NCBI GenBank assembly: GCA_942492765.1
Contig: OW818634.1
Location: forward strand, 665,159-729,158
DNA length: 64,000 nucleotides
Direction of reading: 5' to 3'
Source: an uncultured bacterium
GTDB lineage: Bacteria > Patescibacteriota > Patescibacteriia > Patescibacteriales > UBA12465
Part shown: one piece after another, positions 15,522-25,526 of the stretch
Position numbering within the stretch: the stretch's first letter is position 1
Layout: each line of letters begins with the position of its first letter
Notes under the pieces: generated by a model
The model's input: the letters and a program-made list of their open reading frames with translations, nothing else
What the model was told of the DNA's origin: nothing
Databases searched by the model: none
Translations under genes and position numbers: made by a program

Positions 15522-18011
15522 ATGGCCGAGAATCTAATCAAGATAAGAGGGGCGCGAACCAATAATCTCAAGAATATCAATCTGGATATTCCGCGCGATC
15601 AGCTCGTAGTCATCACCGGCTTATCCGGTTCGGGAAAATCCTCGCTAGCTTTCGATACTATCTATGCGGAAGGGCAGCGCCGCTATGTCGAATCCTTATC
15701 TTCTTACGCGCGCCAATTCGTCGGCCTAATGGATAAGCCGGACGTAGATTTGATTGAGGGCTTGTCCCCGGCTATCTCTATTGATCAGCGCACCGTCGGG
15801 CATAACCCGCGCTCGACTGTCGGGACGATTACCGAGATCTATGATTATCTGCGCTTGCTTTATGCCCGCGCCGGCCAGCCTTATTGCCCTCATTGCCAAG
15901 TGAAATTAAAGAAAGCGGCTGAAGAGAAGAAGACCGCTAAGACCGTCCGCGGCCGGGAGATAAAATCAGCGCGGATGGAAAGATATTTTTCTTGCCCAGA
16001 GTGCGATTATCGCCGCCAAGAATTAGAGCCGCGTGATTTTTCTTTTAATTCCGGCCATGGCGCCTGCTTGGTCTGCGGCGGCTTGGGAACGAAATCAGAA
16101 ATCGATCCGGAACTCGTCTTCAATAATAATCTGAGCATCCTCGAAGGAGCGATCAAGCCCTTGTCGCACGCTAATCTCAGCGTCAGCGGCTTGCTCGGCG
16201 ATCTAGAAGCCTTGGCAGAGCGCCACGACTTCAGCTTGCGTCCGGCGATAAAAGACCTTGATCCGGCCCATAAGAATTTGATACTTAAAGGTGATAATAA
16301 TTTCAATGGCCTGTTGGCCGCTTTAGAAGAGAAATACCAAGAGACTAAATCCAGCTTCGTCAAGCAGGAAATCGAGAAGGTCATGCGCACGGCCTTATGT
16401 CCGGCCTGCCAAGGCGCGCGCTTGAAGCCGGAATCCTTGCTCGTCAAGATAAATAATCTTTCGATAATCGAGGTGACCGATAAGAGTATCAAATCTCTAG
16501 TCGAGCTTCTGGGTAATTGGCTGAAGAGCCCCGCGACTTTAAACGGCGGCGCGAAGATTGCCGAGCCGATCATTAAAGAGATGATTAAGAATCTGGAATT
16601 CTTGGCGAATGTCGGGCTTGATTATCTGACTTTGAGCCGCGCCGCTTCGACTCTTTCTGGCGGCGAAGCGCAGCGCATCCGCTTGGCTTCTCAGGTCGGC
16701 TCGACGCTGAGCGGAGTCTTATATGTTTTGGATGAACCCTCTATCGGATTGCACCAGCGCGATAACGATAAGCTTATCAATACGCTTAAAGAGCTGCGCG
16801 ATAACGGCAATACTGTTATTGTCGTCGAGCATGACGCTTCGACCATGGTGGCAGCTGATTGGCTCATAGATATCGGCCCCGGAGCTGGAGATTTCGGCGG
16901 CAACGTCCTGTTCGCCGGCAAGCCGGAAGACATCAAGGCTTGCGCGCCGTCTCTGACCGGAGCTTATTTATCCGGGCGCAAAGAGATTAAAATGCCGAAG
17001 ATGTTCAGGAAGGGAAATGGGAAATCTATCAAGATCATCGGCGCGACCGAGCATAACCTGAAGAACGTCGATATTGAGATTCCTCTCGGCAAGCTCGTGG
17101 CGATTACCGGCGTTTCCGGCAGCGGCAAGTCTACCTTGATGAATGATATCTTGGCCAATGCTTTGACCAAGAAATTTTATCGCGCTAAGACCGAGCCAGG
17201 AGCGCATAAAGCTTTAAGCGGGCTAGAATCCATAGACAAGGTCATCGACATCGACCAGTCGCCTATCGGCCGGACGCCTCGGTCTAATCCGGCGACCTAT
17301 ACCGGCTTGTTCACCTATATTCGCGATCTTTTTGCTGATTTGCCCGAAGCGCGCGTCAAAGGCCTTAGCGCCGGCCATTTCTCTTTCAATGTTCCGGGCG
17401 GCCGCTGCGAGAACTGTTCCGGTGACGGCGTGATCAAGGTAGAGATGCAATTCCTTTCCGATGTCTATCTGACTTGCGACGTCTGCGGCGGCAAAAAATT
17501 CCAGCCGAAAGTTCTCGAGGTCTTATATAAGGGCAAGAATATCTATGAGATTTTGGAAATGACTATTGAGGAAGCGAAAGAATTCTTCCGAGATCATTCC
17601 GCTATCAGTCAGAAATTGAAGACTTTAGATGAAGTCGGTTTAGGCTATATCAAGCTCGGGCAGAGCGCTACGACTTTTTCCGGCGGCGAAGCGCAACGCA
17701 TCAAGCTAGCGACGGAATTATCACGTCGCGCGACCGGCAAGACTTTATATATATTGGATGAACCGACGACCGGATTGCATTTCGCCGATATCGATCGCTT
17801 ATTGAAAGTTCTTAATCTGTTGGTTGATCAGGGCAATACCGTCCTCATCATCGAACATAATCTCGACGTGATCAAATCAGTCGATTGGATCATCGACATG
17901 GGCCCGGATGGCGGCGATGCTGGCGGTTATCTTGTCGGAGCGGGCACTCCGCCGGAAATCGCCAAGATCGCTAAGAGCTATACGGGGAAATATCTGAAAA
18001 GCGTGATTTAG
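15522..18011 (+). CDS. uvrA: Excinuclease ABC subunit A, short form lacking the UvrB-binding domain
   Basis: Two ABC modules: '[13 protein letters not shown]'/'[12 protein letters not shown]'/'[10 protein letters not shown]' and '[13 protein letters not shown]'/'[12 protein letters not shown]'/'[10 protein letters not shown]'. Only ~33 aa lie between 'CPHC' and 'CPEC'. ATG at 15522. Confidence 0.9.
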   Translation: MAENLIKIRGARTNNLKNINLDIPRDQLVVITGLSGSGKSSLAFDTIYAEGQRRYVESLSSYARQFVGLMDKPDVDLIEGLSPAISIDQRTVGHNPRSTVGTITEIYDYLRLLYARAGQPYCPHCQVKLKKAAEEKKTAKTVRGREIKSARMERYFSCPECDYRRQELEPRDFSFNSGHGACLVCGGLGTKSEIDPELVFNNNLSILEGAIKPLSHANLSVSGLLGDLEALAERHDFSLRPAIKDLDPAHKNLILKGDNNFNGLLAALEEKYQETKSSFVKQEIEKVMRTALCPACQGARLKPESLLVKINNLSIIEVTDKSIKSLVELLGNWLKSPATLNGGAKIAEPIIKEMIKNLEFLANVGLDYLTLSRAASTLSGGEAQRIRLASQVGSTLSGVLYVLDEPSIGLHQRDNDKLINTLKELRDNGNTVIVVEHDASTMVAADWLIDIGPGAGDFGGNVLFAGKPEDIKACAPSLTGAYLSGRKEIKMPKMFRKGNGKSIKIIGATEHNLKNVDIEIPLGKLVAITGVSGSGKSTLMNDILANALTKKFYRAKTEPGAHKALSGLESIDKVIDIDQSPIGRTPRSNPATYTGLFTYIRDLFADLPEARVKGLSAGHFSFNVPGGRCENCSGDGVIKVEMQFLSDVYLTCDVCGGKKFQPKVLEVLYKGKNIYEILEMTIEEAKEFFRDHSAISQKLKTLDEVGLGYIKLGQSATTFSGGEAQRIKLATELSRRATGKTLYILDEPTTGLHFADIDRLLKVLNLLVDQGNTVLIIEHNLDVIKSVDWIIDMGPDGGDAGGYLVGAGTPPEIAKIAKSYTGKYLKSVI

Positions 18012-18038
18012 ATTAAAGTTTAAGATAATATTAATAAA

Positions 18039-18066
18039 AATAGGCCAATTTTAGCCTATTTTTGTT
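18039..18066 (+). terminator. Intrinsic terminator of uvrA
   Basis: AATAGGC (18039-18045) / GCCTATT (18054-18060), followed by a T-run. Confidence 0.55.
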
Positions 18067-18235
18067 TATATTATTGACATTTCATAATAAAAATGATTTT
18101 ATTTGATAAATAAAGGTCTTTAAAATAAAGAATAAAAGATTTGCTGCAGCAGAAAGAGGTTTATTAATTAGACTCCTTCCTGCTGTGGCAAAATCAACAA
18201 TGATTTGAGAACAGTATATTAAAAATATTATTGTC

Positions 18236-18853
18236 ATGAATACAACGGAAAATTCTGTTAGCGACAACAAAAAACTTACCGATGAACAAATCGGTAAATT
18301 GTATCGTAAAACCAATGAAATTATTCGTCGGGTAAACGAGGGAACTATCTCTTACGAATCATCGTTAGAGGGGATGCAAAAAATAATTATTGAGGGGAAG
18401 GCCGTTGATTATTTGCGAGTTACTAATGGCCAAGCAGAAATTAGGATACTAGAGCACCTTATCGATAGCGATGCCGCTCCTTTTATTCCTGGCGGCTGGT
18501 CAGTCGACGAACACAAAACAAGCGGACTTTTCGAATTTGATTCCGCAAAAATTTCTTTGTATCTGTCTGAAAAGCAGAAAGAAGGAATTATCAGTGGACA
18601 TGATTTACGCAAAGATCTGGCGGGTAAACCGGTAATGAACGCCAATGTTCTTGATTACTTATTAGCGCGTCCAGAACTTATTCCAGAAGAATGGAAAGGA
18701 AAACATATTTTCTTCTGGGGTACGATTTATTGCGACTCCTTTGGCAACCTTTATGTTCGTTGCCTCCACTGGGATGGTTCCAGATGGTGCTGGGGCTATG
18801 GCTGCTTTAGTGATGGCTGCGCCTCCGATGCTCCTGCCGTCCTCGCAAGTTGA
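18236..18853 (+). CDS. Hypothetical protein with Trp/Cys-rich C-terminus
   Basis: ATG ORF. The C-terminal 'IFFWGTIYCDSFGNLYVRCLHWDGSRWCWGYGCFSDGCASD' is distinctive. No family recognised. Confidence 0.55.
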   Translation: MNTTENSVSDNKKLTDEQIGKLYRKTNEIIRRVNEGTISYESSLEGMQKIIIEGKAVDYLRVTNGQAEIRILEHLIDSDAAPFIPGGWSVDEHKTSGLFEFDSAKISLYLSEKQKEGIISGHDLRKDLAGKPVMNANVLDYLLARPELIPEEWKGKHIFFWGTIYCDSFGNLYVRCLHWDGSRWCWGYGCFSDGCASDAPAVLAS

Positions 18854-19009
18854 TTTTGGGTTTTAGCTCTTTGTTTTTTGATTGTTGAATTTTATTCTTG
18901 GACCTTGGTTTATAAACATAACGTTTATGGAGCCAGGGTCTTTTTTTAAATCAATTGAATATAAAAAAGCCATTCGCGAGGATGGCTTTTTATCAATCAT
19001 ACGTCGAGG

Positions 19010-19510
19010 TTATTTTAAATCAGCGATAATCTTCAAATCTAATTTTTTCGTGGCCGTATCCAGGATAGCGAAAGTCGCTTGATGGAAGACTCCGGCAACA
19101 TTCCCGGGATTGGCTATGATAGTGTCGCCGTCATGTTCGAGCCAGGGCTTGTGAGTATGTCCGTAAAAAATGAAGTCAGGCGCCGCGGCCGCCAGCTTGA
19201 AGACCCGCTTCGTCTTTTCTGGTTCGTGGCAGAAGCCGATAGAGAGTCCGCCTAACTCTCTTAAGCCGATGGCGCCGCTATACCGGATATTCTTATACCG
19301 GCTCAATTCTTTTTCTTCATAGAGCTCCATGTTTCCGGCGACTAAAAAAATCTCGCCGGAAAAATTAGCGGCGAGATAATTTATAGTTTCTATATTGGTC
19401 ATATCGCCGCAAGCGATGATTTTCTCGACTCCGTGCCCGGAGCACCATCTCAGGCATTTCTCCAGGTTAGCGATATTGTCATGGATGTCGGAAATGACGG
19501 CAATCAGCAT
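19010..19510 (-). CDS. YfcE/MJ0936-type metallophosphoesterase
   Basis: 'MLIAVISDIHDN', 'ACGDM', 'GNME', 'FCHEP', 'GHTHKP' metallophosphatase signature series. Confidence 0.8.
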   Translation of the reverse strand: MLIAVISDIHDNIANLEKCLRWCSGHGVEKIIACGDMTNIETINYLAANFSGEIFLVAGNMELYEEKELSRYKNIRYSGAIGLRELGGLSIGFCHEPEKTKRVFKLAAAAPDFIFYGHTHKPWLEHDGDTIIANPGNVAGVFHQATFAILDTATKKLDLKIIADLK

Positions 19511-19523
19511 AGGCAGGTCTTAA

Positions 19524-20099
19524 TTATTTTTTTCCGCGCAACTTGATCTCGTAAGCCATCTGCTCTAATTTTCGGAGATGGCCGCGCGCTTGATCGTATT
19601 TGGTTCGCAGGTATCCGGTCATATCGAAATCGATGAGCTGGGCCATGATATCTTCGGCGCCTTTCTTGATTTTCGCGACTTCGGCAAATTTGCCAGCGGC
19701 TGCCTGGTTAGTGGCATAACGGACTAATTCTCCAATCAAGTCGCAGATGCCGCCGAGATAGCCCTCATAATCCAGCTGCAATCCTGGCGTAGCTTCGATC
19801 TTCTTATTCTTTATTACAGTATAGAAAGTCTTTCCTTCTAGATATTCTTCGGCCGCGGCCTTATAAGCGCCTTCCTTGTTCAACCTGTCTTGGCCGAAGC
19901 GCGTCGCCAGATTCTTAAGATTTTTTTCGTTCTCCTCCAGCTTAGCTGCTGCCGTCTTGAAATCTTGGCGCTGCAGGGCGAAGATAGTCTTCTTGGCTTC
20001 GAAGAGGATATTATTGGAAGCGCTGATGATCTGGCGCCTCTCTGATTCGTTAGCTTGGTAATCTTTTCTGAGCTGCTCTAAGAATTCTTTATTAATCAT
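19524..20099 (-). CDS. Translin-family protein
   Basis: 'YLGGICDLIGELVRYA' (translin GxxDxxGELxR motif). The C-terminal 'LRTKYDQARGHLRKLEQMAYEIKLRG' parallels the translin C-terminus 'LRKRYD...KKVEEVVYDLSIRG'. Confidence 0.7.
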   Translation of the reverse strand: MINKEFLEQLRKDYQANESERRQIISASNNILFEAKKTIFALQRQDFKTAAAKLEENEKNLKNLATRFGQDRLNKEGAYKAAAEEYLEGKTFYTVIKNKKIEATPGLQLDYEGYLGGICDLIGELVRYATNQAAAGKFAEVAKIKKGAEDIMAQLIDFDMTGYLRTKYDQARGHLRKLEQMAYEIKLRGKK

Positions 20100-20133
20100 A
20101 TGTTTGGAGTTAAATTATGAAGATGAATTTTGG

Positions 20134-23100
20134 CTATACTACTCGGAACACTTCATCAAGGCTAGTGTCGCCGTTTAGTGCTTTGAGGACGCCATCTTGG
20201 AGCATGGTCACCATGCCGTTATCAATCGCGGCCTTCTCAATGTCGGTATCAGTGACGTTCTCGCTTTGGATCATCTTCTGAATGGTCGGAATCATGGCGA
20301 TAGTCTCGTATAAGCCGAGACGCCCCTTATAGCCTATCTGGCCGCATTTAGGACAGCCGACTCCGGTATAGAAGACCAGGCTGGAAGGGATGACGACTTT
20401 GGGGTTCTTGATAGAAGCTAATATGCCTTGGACGCGCTGCATCTCTTCAGGTTTCAGATCGACGGTCTTCTTGCAGTAAGGGCAGAGTTTTCGGACTAGG
20501 CGTTGGCCGATAGTGAATTCGATTGAATTAGCCAGAGTCTGACGGTCGACGCCAAGCCCGACGAAGCGGGATATAGCGCCAGCCGCTGAATTAGCGTGGA
20601 TGGTTGATAAGACCAAGTGGCCGGTCATAGAAGCCTCAATGGCGATCTTGGCGGTCTCATTATCGCGGATTTCTCCGATCATCATGATGTTCGGATTCTG
20701 GCGCAAGAGAGAGCGCATCGCGGAGACGAAAGTATAGCCGCGCTCCTCATCGATCTGGGTCTGCATGACGCCGGCAAGCTGGTATTCGATTGGATCCTCG
20801 ACTGTGATTATCTTGACGTCCGGCTTATTTAGTTTATTCAAGATGCTATATAGGGTTGTAGTCTTGCCGCTGCCGGTCGGACCGGTGGTGATGATGATGC
20901 CGCGAGTCTTTTTCATCGCTTCCTGTAGGGAATCATAAGCGACGGAAGTTATGCCGAGCTTATTCATGTCGAGATTGGACGCTGAAGTCGAGAGCAGGCG
21001 GATAACGATAGTTTCGCCATAGCCTCCGGAAATTATGGATAAGCGGCAGTCGATCTTATTGTCGGGCAGATAAATAGCAAAGCGGCCGTCGAAAGTAGCG
21101 CGACGGATATTCGTCGGAGCGCCAGCCAGGATCTTTACTTCCGATAAGAGCGGGAGGTAGCTGGTCTTTGGGAGATTGAGAATATCATGCATGACGCCGT
21201 CGATGCGGAATCTGACCTTGACGTCATGCTCTGTCGGTTCGATATGGATATCGCCGGCATCGCTGATAGAACCGAGCGCCATGATCAGGTTAATCAGTTC
21301 TCCGGTCGGGATTTCTTTGACTGCCTGGGAAATGCCGCTGATATTATGGCTCAATTCTTCCGCTCTCTGGAATTCTTCCGGCTTGACCTTTACGCCGCGG
21401 CCGATAGTCTGCGAGATGACGACATCATAGAGTTCGTCGATATAGCCGAAATCGCCGATGACGCGATAAACTTCCTCGACAGAAGTTATGCCATCCAAGG
21501 TTTTTAGGATGCCATCTTGGAGCATGGTAATCATGCCGTCTTCGATCGCTTGCTGCAAGATCTTAAAGGATGGTGCCTGATCAATAGTCAATTGCTTGAT
21601 GCGGTCGTTCATCGTGAAGATCTCGTAAATGCCGGATCGGCCCTTATAGCCGATGAAGTTGCATTCGCTACAACCCGGTCCGGCCTTGTATATCTTGGGC
21701 AGGGTCGCTGGGACGCTGACGCCGGCTTTAGGAGATAGCACTGCCAATATCTTATTGACCTGCTCGGTTTCAGCGCTTTCCATGATGTGTTCGACGCGGC
21801 AATGTGGACAGAGTTTACGGACTAGGCGCTGGCCGATGATGACATTGATGGCTGGAGCCAGGAAATAGGGTTTGACGCCGATATCAATGAAGCGGGGGAT
21901 GGAACTAGCAGCGTCGTTGGTATGCATGGTGGTCAGGACGAGATGTCCGGTAAGAGACGCTTGGACGGCGATTTCCGCCGTTTCGAGATCGCGGATTTCT
22001 CCGACCATGACGATATTAGGATCTTGGCGCAAGATGGAGCGCAGGCCGTCAGAAAAAGTATAACCGCGCTTTTCATCGACCTGGCTCTGGTTTATTCCTT
22101 CTAGCTGATATTCGACCGGATCTTCGAGCGTGATTATCTTAGTGCCCGGCTGGTTCAATTTGTTGAGGGCGGCATACAGGGTTGTGGTTTTGCCGCTGCC
22201 AGTCGGACCGACAGTCGCTATCAATCCGTTCGGCTTAGCGATCTCTCTCAGGAGCAAGGGCATAATTTCCGGACGGATGCCTAGGCTCTCGAATTCGAGA
22301 GCCGTCGCGGTCGAATCGAGAAGACGCATCACGACGCTTTCGCCATGCGCGGTCGGCAAGAAAGAACAGCGGACGTCTATCTTCTTGTTAGATAGATAGA
22401 TAGTATAGCGTCCGTCTTGAGGCTTGTTCTCGATATTGATCTTGACGCGGGAAAGTATCTTCAAGCGAGCGATGATCTTATCCCATTTTTCCCGGCTGAT
22501 TATCGCCGCTTCTTGAAGGACGCCGTCGATTCTGATTCTGATAGCGACGCCATGCTCCTCGGCTTCGATATGGACGTCGCTGCCGCCGACTTTCAAGGCG
22601 GTCGCCAATATGAGCGTGATGATATCGGTGATATTCACTTCGTTTATCTTTTCGTTCAAGCTCTTGTAGCTGCTGATAGCTTCTTTGAATTTTTCTAGAT
22701 TCTCTTCGGTTATCTCGACGCCGCTCTCATATTTTTTAGTTTTCGGCAGGGATTTATAAGCGTCGAGCCCGATAGCTAGGCTGGTTGCGGAAATGAGATA
22801 CAGTTTAGTGGTCGCAAAATACTGGTCGCCGAGATGAGCCAGCTCTTCTTTCACTTCGGTCGTCGGGCTGACGCAGCCGAGACGGATATTCTTGCCGTCA
22901 TAGTAAAAGCAGATAGCGCCAATCTCCTTGGCTCTTTCTTCTTGGATCAGGGCGAGGGCTTCGGGGCTGATCGGGAAGCCGGTCAGATTGACATAATCGA
23001 GCCCGAGCTGGGCTGCCGCCTGCTTGGTCTCCTTTTCAATCTCTTTCTCTTTTATTTCTCCCTGCTTTTTAGCAAAACGACCGGCGACGCTTTCTTCGTC

Positions 23101-23145
23101 ATCGGTCGGATTGATCAGATTTTCAATAGAAGCGAGATCACTCAT
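20134..23145 (-). CDS. Tandem-duplicated PilB/GspE-type secretion ATPase (two complete units in one 1003-aa chain)
   Basis: N-terminal T2SSE_N-like domain. Unit 1: 'GPTGSGKTTTLYAAL', 'LEDPVEYQ', 'IVMVGEIRD', 'GHLVLTTMHTND', 'CPHC...CSEC'. Unit 2: 'GPTGSGKTTTLYSIL', 'VEDPIEYQ', 'IMMIGEIRD', 'GHLVLSTIHANS', 'CPYC...CPKC'. Confidence 0.88.
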   Translation of the reverse strand: MSDLASIENLINPTDDEESVAGRFAKKQGEIKEKEIEKETKQAAAQLGLDYVNLTGFPISPEALALIQEERAKEIGAICFYYDGKNIRLGCVSPTTEVKEELAHLGDQYFATTKLYLISATSLAIGLDAYKSLPKTKKYESGVEITEENLEKFKEAISSYKSLNEKINEVNITDIITLILATALKVGGSDVHIEAEEHGVAIRIRIDGVLQEAAIISREKWDKIIARLKILSRVKINIENKPQDGRYTIYLSNKKIDVRCSFLPTAHGESVVMRLLDSTATALEFESLGIRPEIMPLLLREIAKPNGLIATVGPTGSGKTTTLYAALNKLNQPGTKIITLEDPVEYQLEGINQSQVDEKRGYTFSDGLRSILRQDPNIVMVGEIRDLETAEIAVQASLTGHLVLTTMHTNDAASSIPRFIDIGVKPYFLAPAINVIIGQRLVRKLCPHCRVEHIMESAETEQVNKILAVLSPKAGVSVPATLPKIYKAGPGCSECNFIGYKGRSGIYEIFTMNDRIKQLTIDQAPSFKILQQAIEDGMITMLQDGILKTLDGITSVEEVYRVIGDFGYIDELYDVVISQTIGRGVKVKPEEFQRAEELSHNISGISQAVKEIPTGELINLIMALGSISDAGDIHIEPTEHDVKVRFRIDGVMHDILNLPKTSYLPLLSEVKILAGAPTNIRRATFDGRFAIYLPDNKIDCRLSIISGGYGETIVIRLLSTSASNLDMNKLGITSVAYDSLQEAMKKTRGIIITTGPTGSGKTTTLYSILNKLNKPDVKIITVEDPIEYQLAGVMQTQIDEERGYTFVSAMRSLLRQNPNIMMIGEIRDNETAKIAIEASMTGHLVLSTIHANSAAGAISRFVGLGVDRQTLANSIEFTIGQRLVRKLCPYCKKTVDLKPEEMQRVQGILASIKNPKVVIPSSLVFYTGVGCPKCGQIGYKGRLGLYETIAMIPTIQKMIQSENVTDTDIEKAAIDNGMVTMLQDGVLKALNGDTSLDEVFRVV

Positions 23146-23188
23146 AGATTTTGATGGATGCGATTATTTCCGGAAAACGCTTTCTAGC

Positions 23189-24163
23189 TTAGCGCTTGAA
23201 GAGGCGTTCTAGCTTGGCGACGCCGCCCTTTTCTTTCAGATGCAAGAATAAGTTAGTCCAGGAAGCGGTCTGAAAAGTCGTCAGGACGGATCCCAAGATG
23301 ACAACTAGAGCTATTGCGATGAAGAGTATCAGGATCATCAGCCAGTAGAGGTTGAACATCAGGCTGAGTAAGAATAACGGCAAGAGGAATAGAGCGAAGA
23401 CTACGAGGGCTAAGCCGCTGAAGAGGAAATTTATCAAGAACAGGATTATGGCCATCTCTAGACTGATGAGCCAGTTATTCTTGAATAATCTCGTGCCATG
23501 CTCTAAAGAAGCGACAAAAGATTTATTCTCGATAACCTTGTAAGCGATGGCGTATTTGATGAGGAGCGATAAGCTCATAGCCAGCGGGATGAAGATGACG
23601 AAGATAATGATATAGACAGCGAATAAAGCGGAGGAGTCGCTGATAGTCATCAAGAGAAGCGGCAGGCCGACTAGGAAGAAAGCGAAATAGATCAGGATCT
23701 TCACTAAGATATTCAAGCCGAGGACCGGCCAGAAATAACGATGGCCCTCGCTCAGGCTGGCGCGTATACTCAGTCCTTCTGGCTTTTTCTTGGCAGTCAG
23801 CAGCTTTTTCAGGCTGCCGACTAGGGCTGCCTGGGAACTGACGGCCATCCAGATGAAGAATATCAAGAGGACAGCGGTGATGAGCAAGATGGAAAAAATA
23901 TTCAAAATAGTCCAGAAATCATTGCGGAAGACGCTGGCTAATCCGAGGAAGAAATTTTTTAAGACATCGCCGATGGCTAGGATGCTGCCCATTCTCATAT
24001 AAGAGCCCTCAATCGGGTTCTGGCCGAGATTCTGGGTGACGACCTGATACTCCCAAGAGCCGCTGCCAGCTACCAGCGAGGCGAATAGCCCTAGAAACCA
24101 CAGGTATTTGTGTTCCCAAGTGGTCGCCCAGGCTTGTTTTAAAAGGGTTCTGTACGAAAACAT
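23189..24163 (-). CDS. Hypothetical polytopic membrane protein
   Basis: ATG ORF with about 6-7 long hydrophobic segments. It lies upstream of, and is co-oriented with, the double ATPase. Confidence 0.6.
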   Translation of the reverse strand: MFSYRTLLKQAWATTWEHKYLWFLGLFASLVAGSGSWEYQVVTQNLGQNPIEGSYMRMGSILAIGDVLKNFFLGLASVFRNDFWTILNIFSILLITAVLLIFFIWMAVSSQAALVGSLKKLLTAKKKPEGLSIRASLSEGHRYFWPVLGLNILVKILIYFAFFLVGLPLLLMTISDSSALFAVYIIIFVIFIPLAMSLSLLIKYAIAYKVIENKSFVASLEHGTRLFKNNWLISLEMAIILFLINFLFSGLALVVFALFLLPLFLLSLMFNLYWLMILILFIAIALVVILGSVLTTFQTASWTNLFLHLKEKGGVAKLERLFKR

Positions 24164-24251
24164 AAGTTTATAAATTAATTGAAAAATTTAAAAAAGTCTG
24201 ATACCATTATAACATAATTCCTTAATTAATACCAAGAATTAACATCTATAT

Positions 24252-25508
24252 ATGTCGCATGTTATCACCGACAAGAAGCTCGTAAAAGAATTATTGACTA
24301 GGGGGGTAGAGAAGATCTATCCGAGTTATGAGAATTTGGAGAAGAAGCTGTTAAGCGGCGATAGGATACGCCTTTATTGCGGTTATGATCCGACCGCTTC
24401 TTCTTTGCATATCGGCAATGCCATCTCTATCAATAAATTAGGACAATTTCAGGCTTTAGGCCACGAGGTTATTTTTTTGATCGGCGATTTTACCGGAATT
24501 ATCGGCGATCCGACTGATAAGAAGGCGGCGCGCAAGAAATTAACGCGCGAAGAAGTGCTCGCTAACGCCACTCATTATAAGGAACAGGCCGCTCCTTACT
24601 TGAAATTCGATGGAGAAAATCCGGCTAAGATAATGTATAACAGCGAATGGAATGATAAGCTGGGCTTCCGCGACCTGATAGAATTAGCTTCTAATTTTAC
24701 TGTCCAGCAGATGATCCAGCGCGACATGTTCCAAGAAAGACTGAAGGAGGAGAAGCCGATCTACCTCCACGAGTTCATGTATCCGCTGACTCAGGCCTAT
24801 GACAGCGTCGCCATGGATGTCGATTTGGAAATCGGCGGGAACGACCAGATGTTCAATATGATGTGCGGCCGCGACTTGTTGCGGACGCTGAAAAATAAAG
24901 AAAAATCAGTCTTGACCATGAAGCTCTTGGCTGATGAAAGCGGCAAGAAGATGGGCAAGACCGAGGGTAATGTGGTTTTTTTGGATGAAGCCGCCAATGA
25001 TATATATGGCAAGGTCATGTCTTGGCCGGACGGCACCATTGTTTCCGCTTTTGAATTATGTACCAATATTCCTTTGGATGACATCAAGAAGATTGATTCT
25101 GATCTGAAAGCCGGTAAAAAGAATCCGCGTGATTTCAAGATGCAGCTCGCTCTAGAGATCACTAGGATTAATCGCGGCCAGGAGGCGGCGGAAAAAGCGC
25201 AAGAGAATTTCATAAATACTATCCAAAAAAAGGAGATACCGACCGAGATCCCGACTCATAAGGCCGCTAAGAAGCAGAGTACTCTCGTCGACCTGCTGGT
25301 AGAAACTAAGCTGGTTAAGAGCAAGACCGAGGCGCGCCAGAAGATCGAGGAGGGGGCGATCAAGATCAAGCCGGAGAAGAGCGGCCAGGATAATGGCGGC
25401 GACATGATGGTCATCAAGGATGTGAAACAGGCGATAAATCTTGAAAGCGAAGCAGATTCAGTCATTATCCAAAAAGGGAAATTCACCTTTATCAGGATAA
25501 TTCTATAA
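24252..25508 (+). CDS. tyrS: Tyrosine--tRNA ligase
   Basis: 'YCGYDPTASSLHIGN' (HIGH), 'KMGKT' (KMSKS), and a C-terminal S4-like region. Confidence 0.92.
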   Translation: MSHVITDKKLVKELLTRGVEKIYPSYENLEKKLLSGDRIRLYCGYDPTASSLHIGNAISINKLGQFQALGHEVIFLIGDFTGIIGDPTDKKAARKKLTREEVLANATHYKEQAAPYLKFDGENPAKIMYNSEWNDKLGFRDLIELASNFTVQQMIQRDMFQERLKEEKPIYLHEFMYPLTQAYDSVAMDVDLEIGGNDQMFNMMCGRDLLRTLKNKEKSVLTMKLLADESGKKMGKTEGNVVFLDEAANDIYGKVMSWPDGTIVSAFELCTNIPLDDIKKIDSDLKAGKKNPRDFKMQLALEITRINRGQEAAEKAQENFINTIQKKEIPTEIPTHKAAKKQSTLVDLLVETKLVKSKTEARQKIEEGAIKIKPEKSGQDNGGDMMVIKDVKQAINLESEADSVIIQKGKFTFIRIIL

Positions 25509-25526
25509 AGCCGTGAGCGGACGCTT

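Noticed and set aside
16007-16573. Long antisense ORFs inside strongly supported genes. Examples are 16007-16573, 16691-17450 and 33589-34185; 34372-34993 and 21176-23154 (plus-strand set); 55716-56210 and 57549-58052; and 42412-42774, 46892-47317 and 48623-49126.
   Set aside because: Each lies opposite a gene with unambiguous family motifs (uvrA, gyrA, the PilB-like ATPase, giant protein 2, M16, ruvB, lepB). Their translations are low-complexity or Arg/Ser/Ala-rich, typical of shadow frames in GC-richer coding DNA.
18082-19082. ORFs 18082-18315 (-) and 18882-19082 (+).
   Set aside because: Both lie in AT-rich spacers or overlap better-supported genes (18236-18853 and the phosphoesterase 19010-19510). 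Their hydrophobic, low-complexity translations come without start signals.
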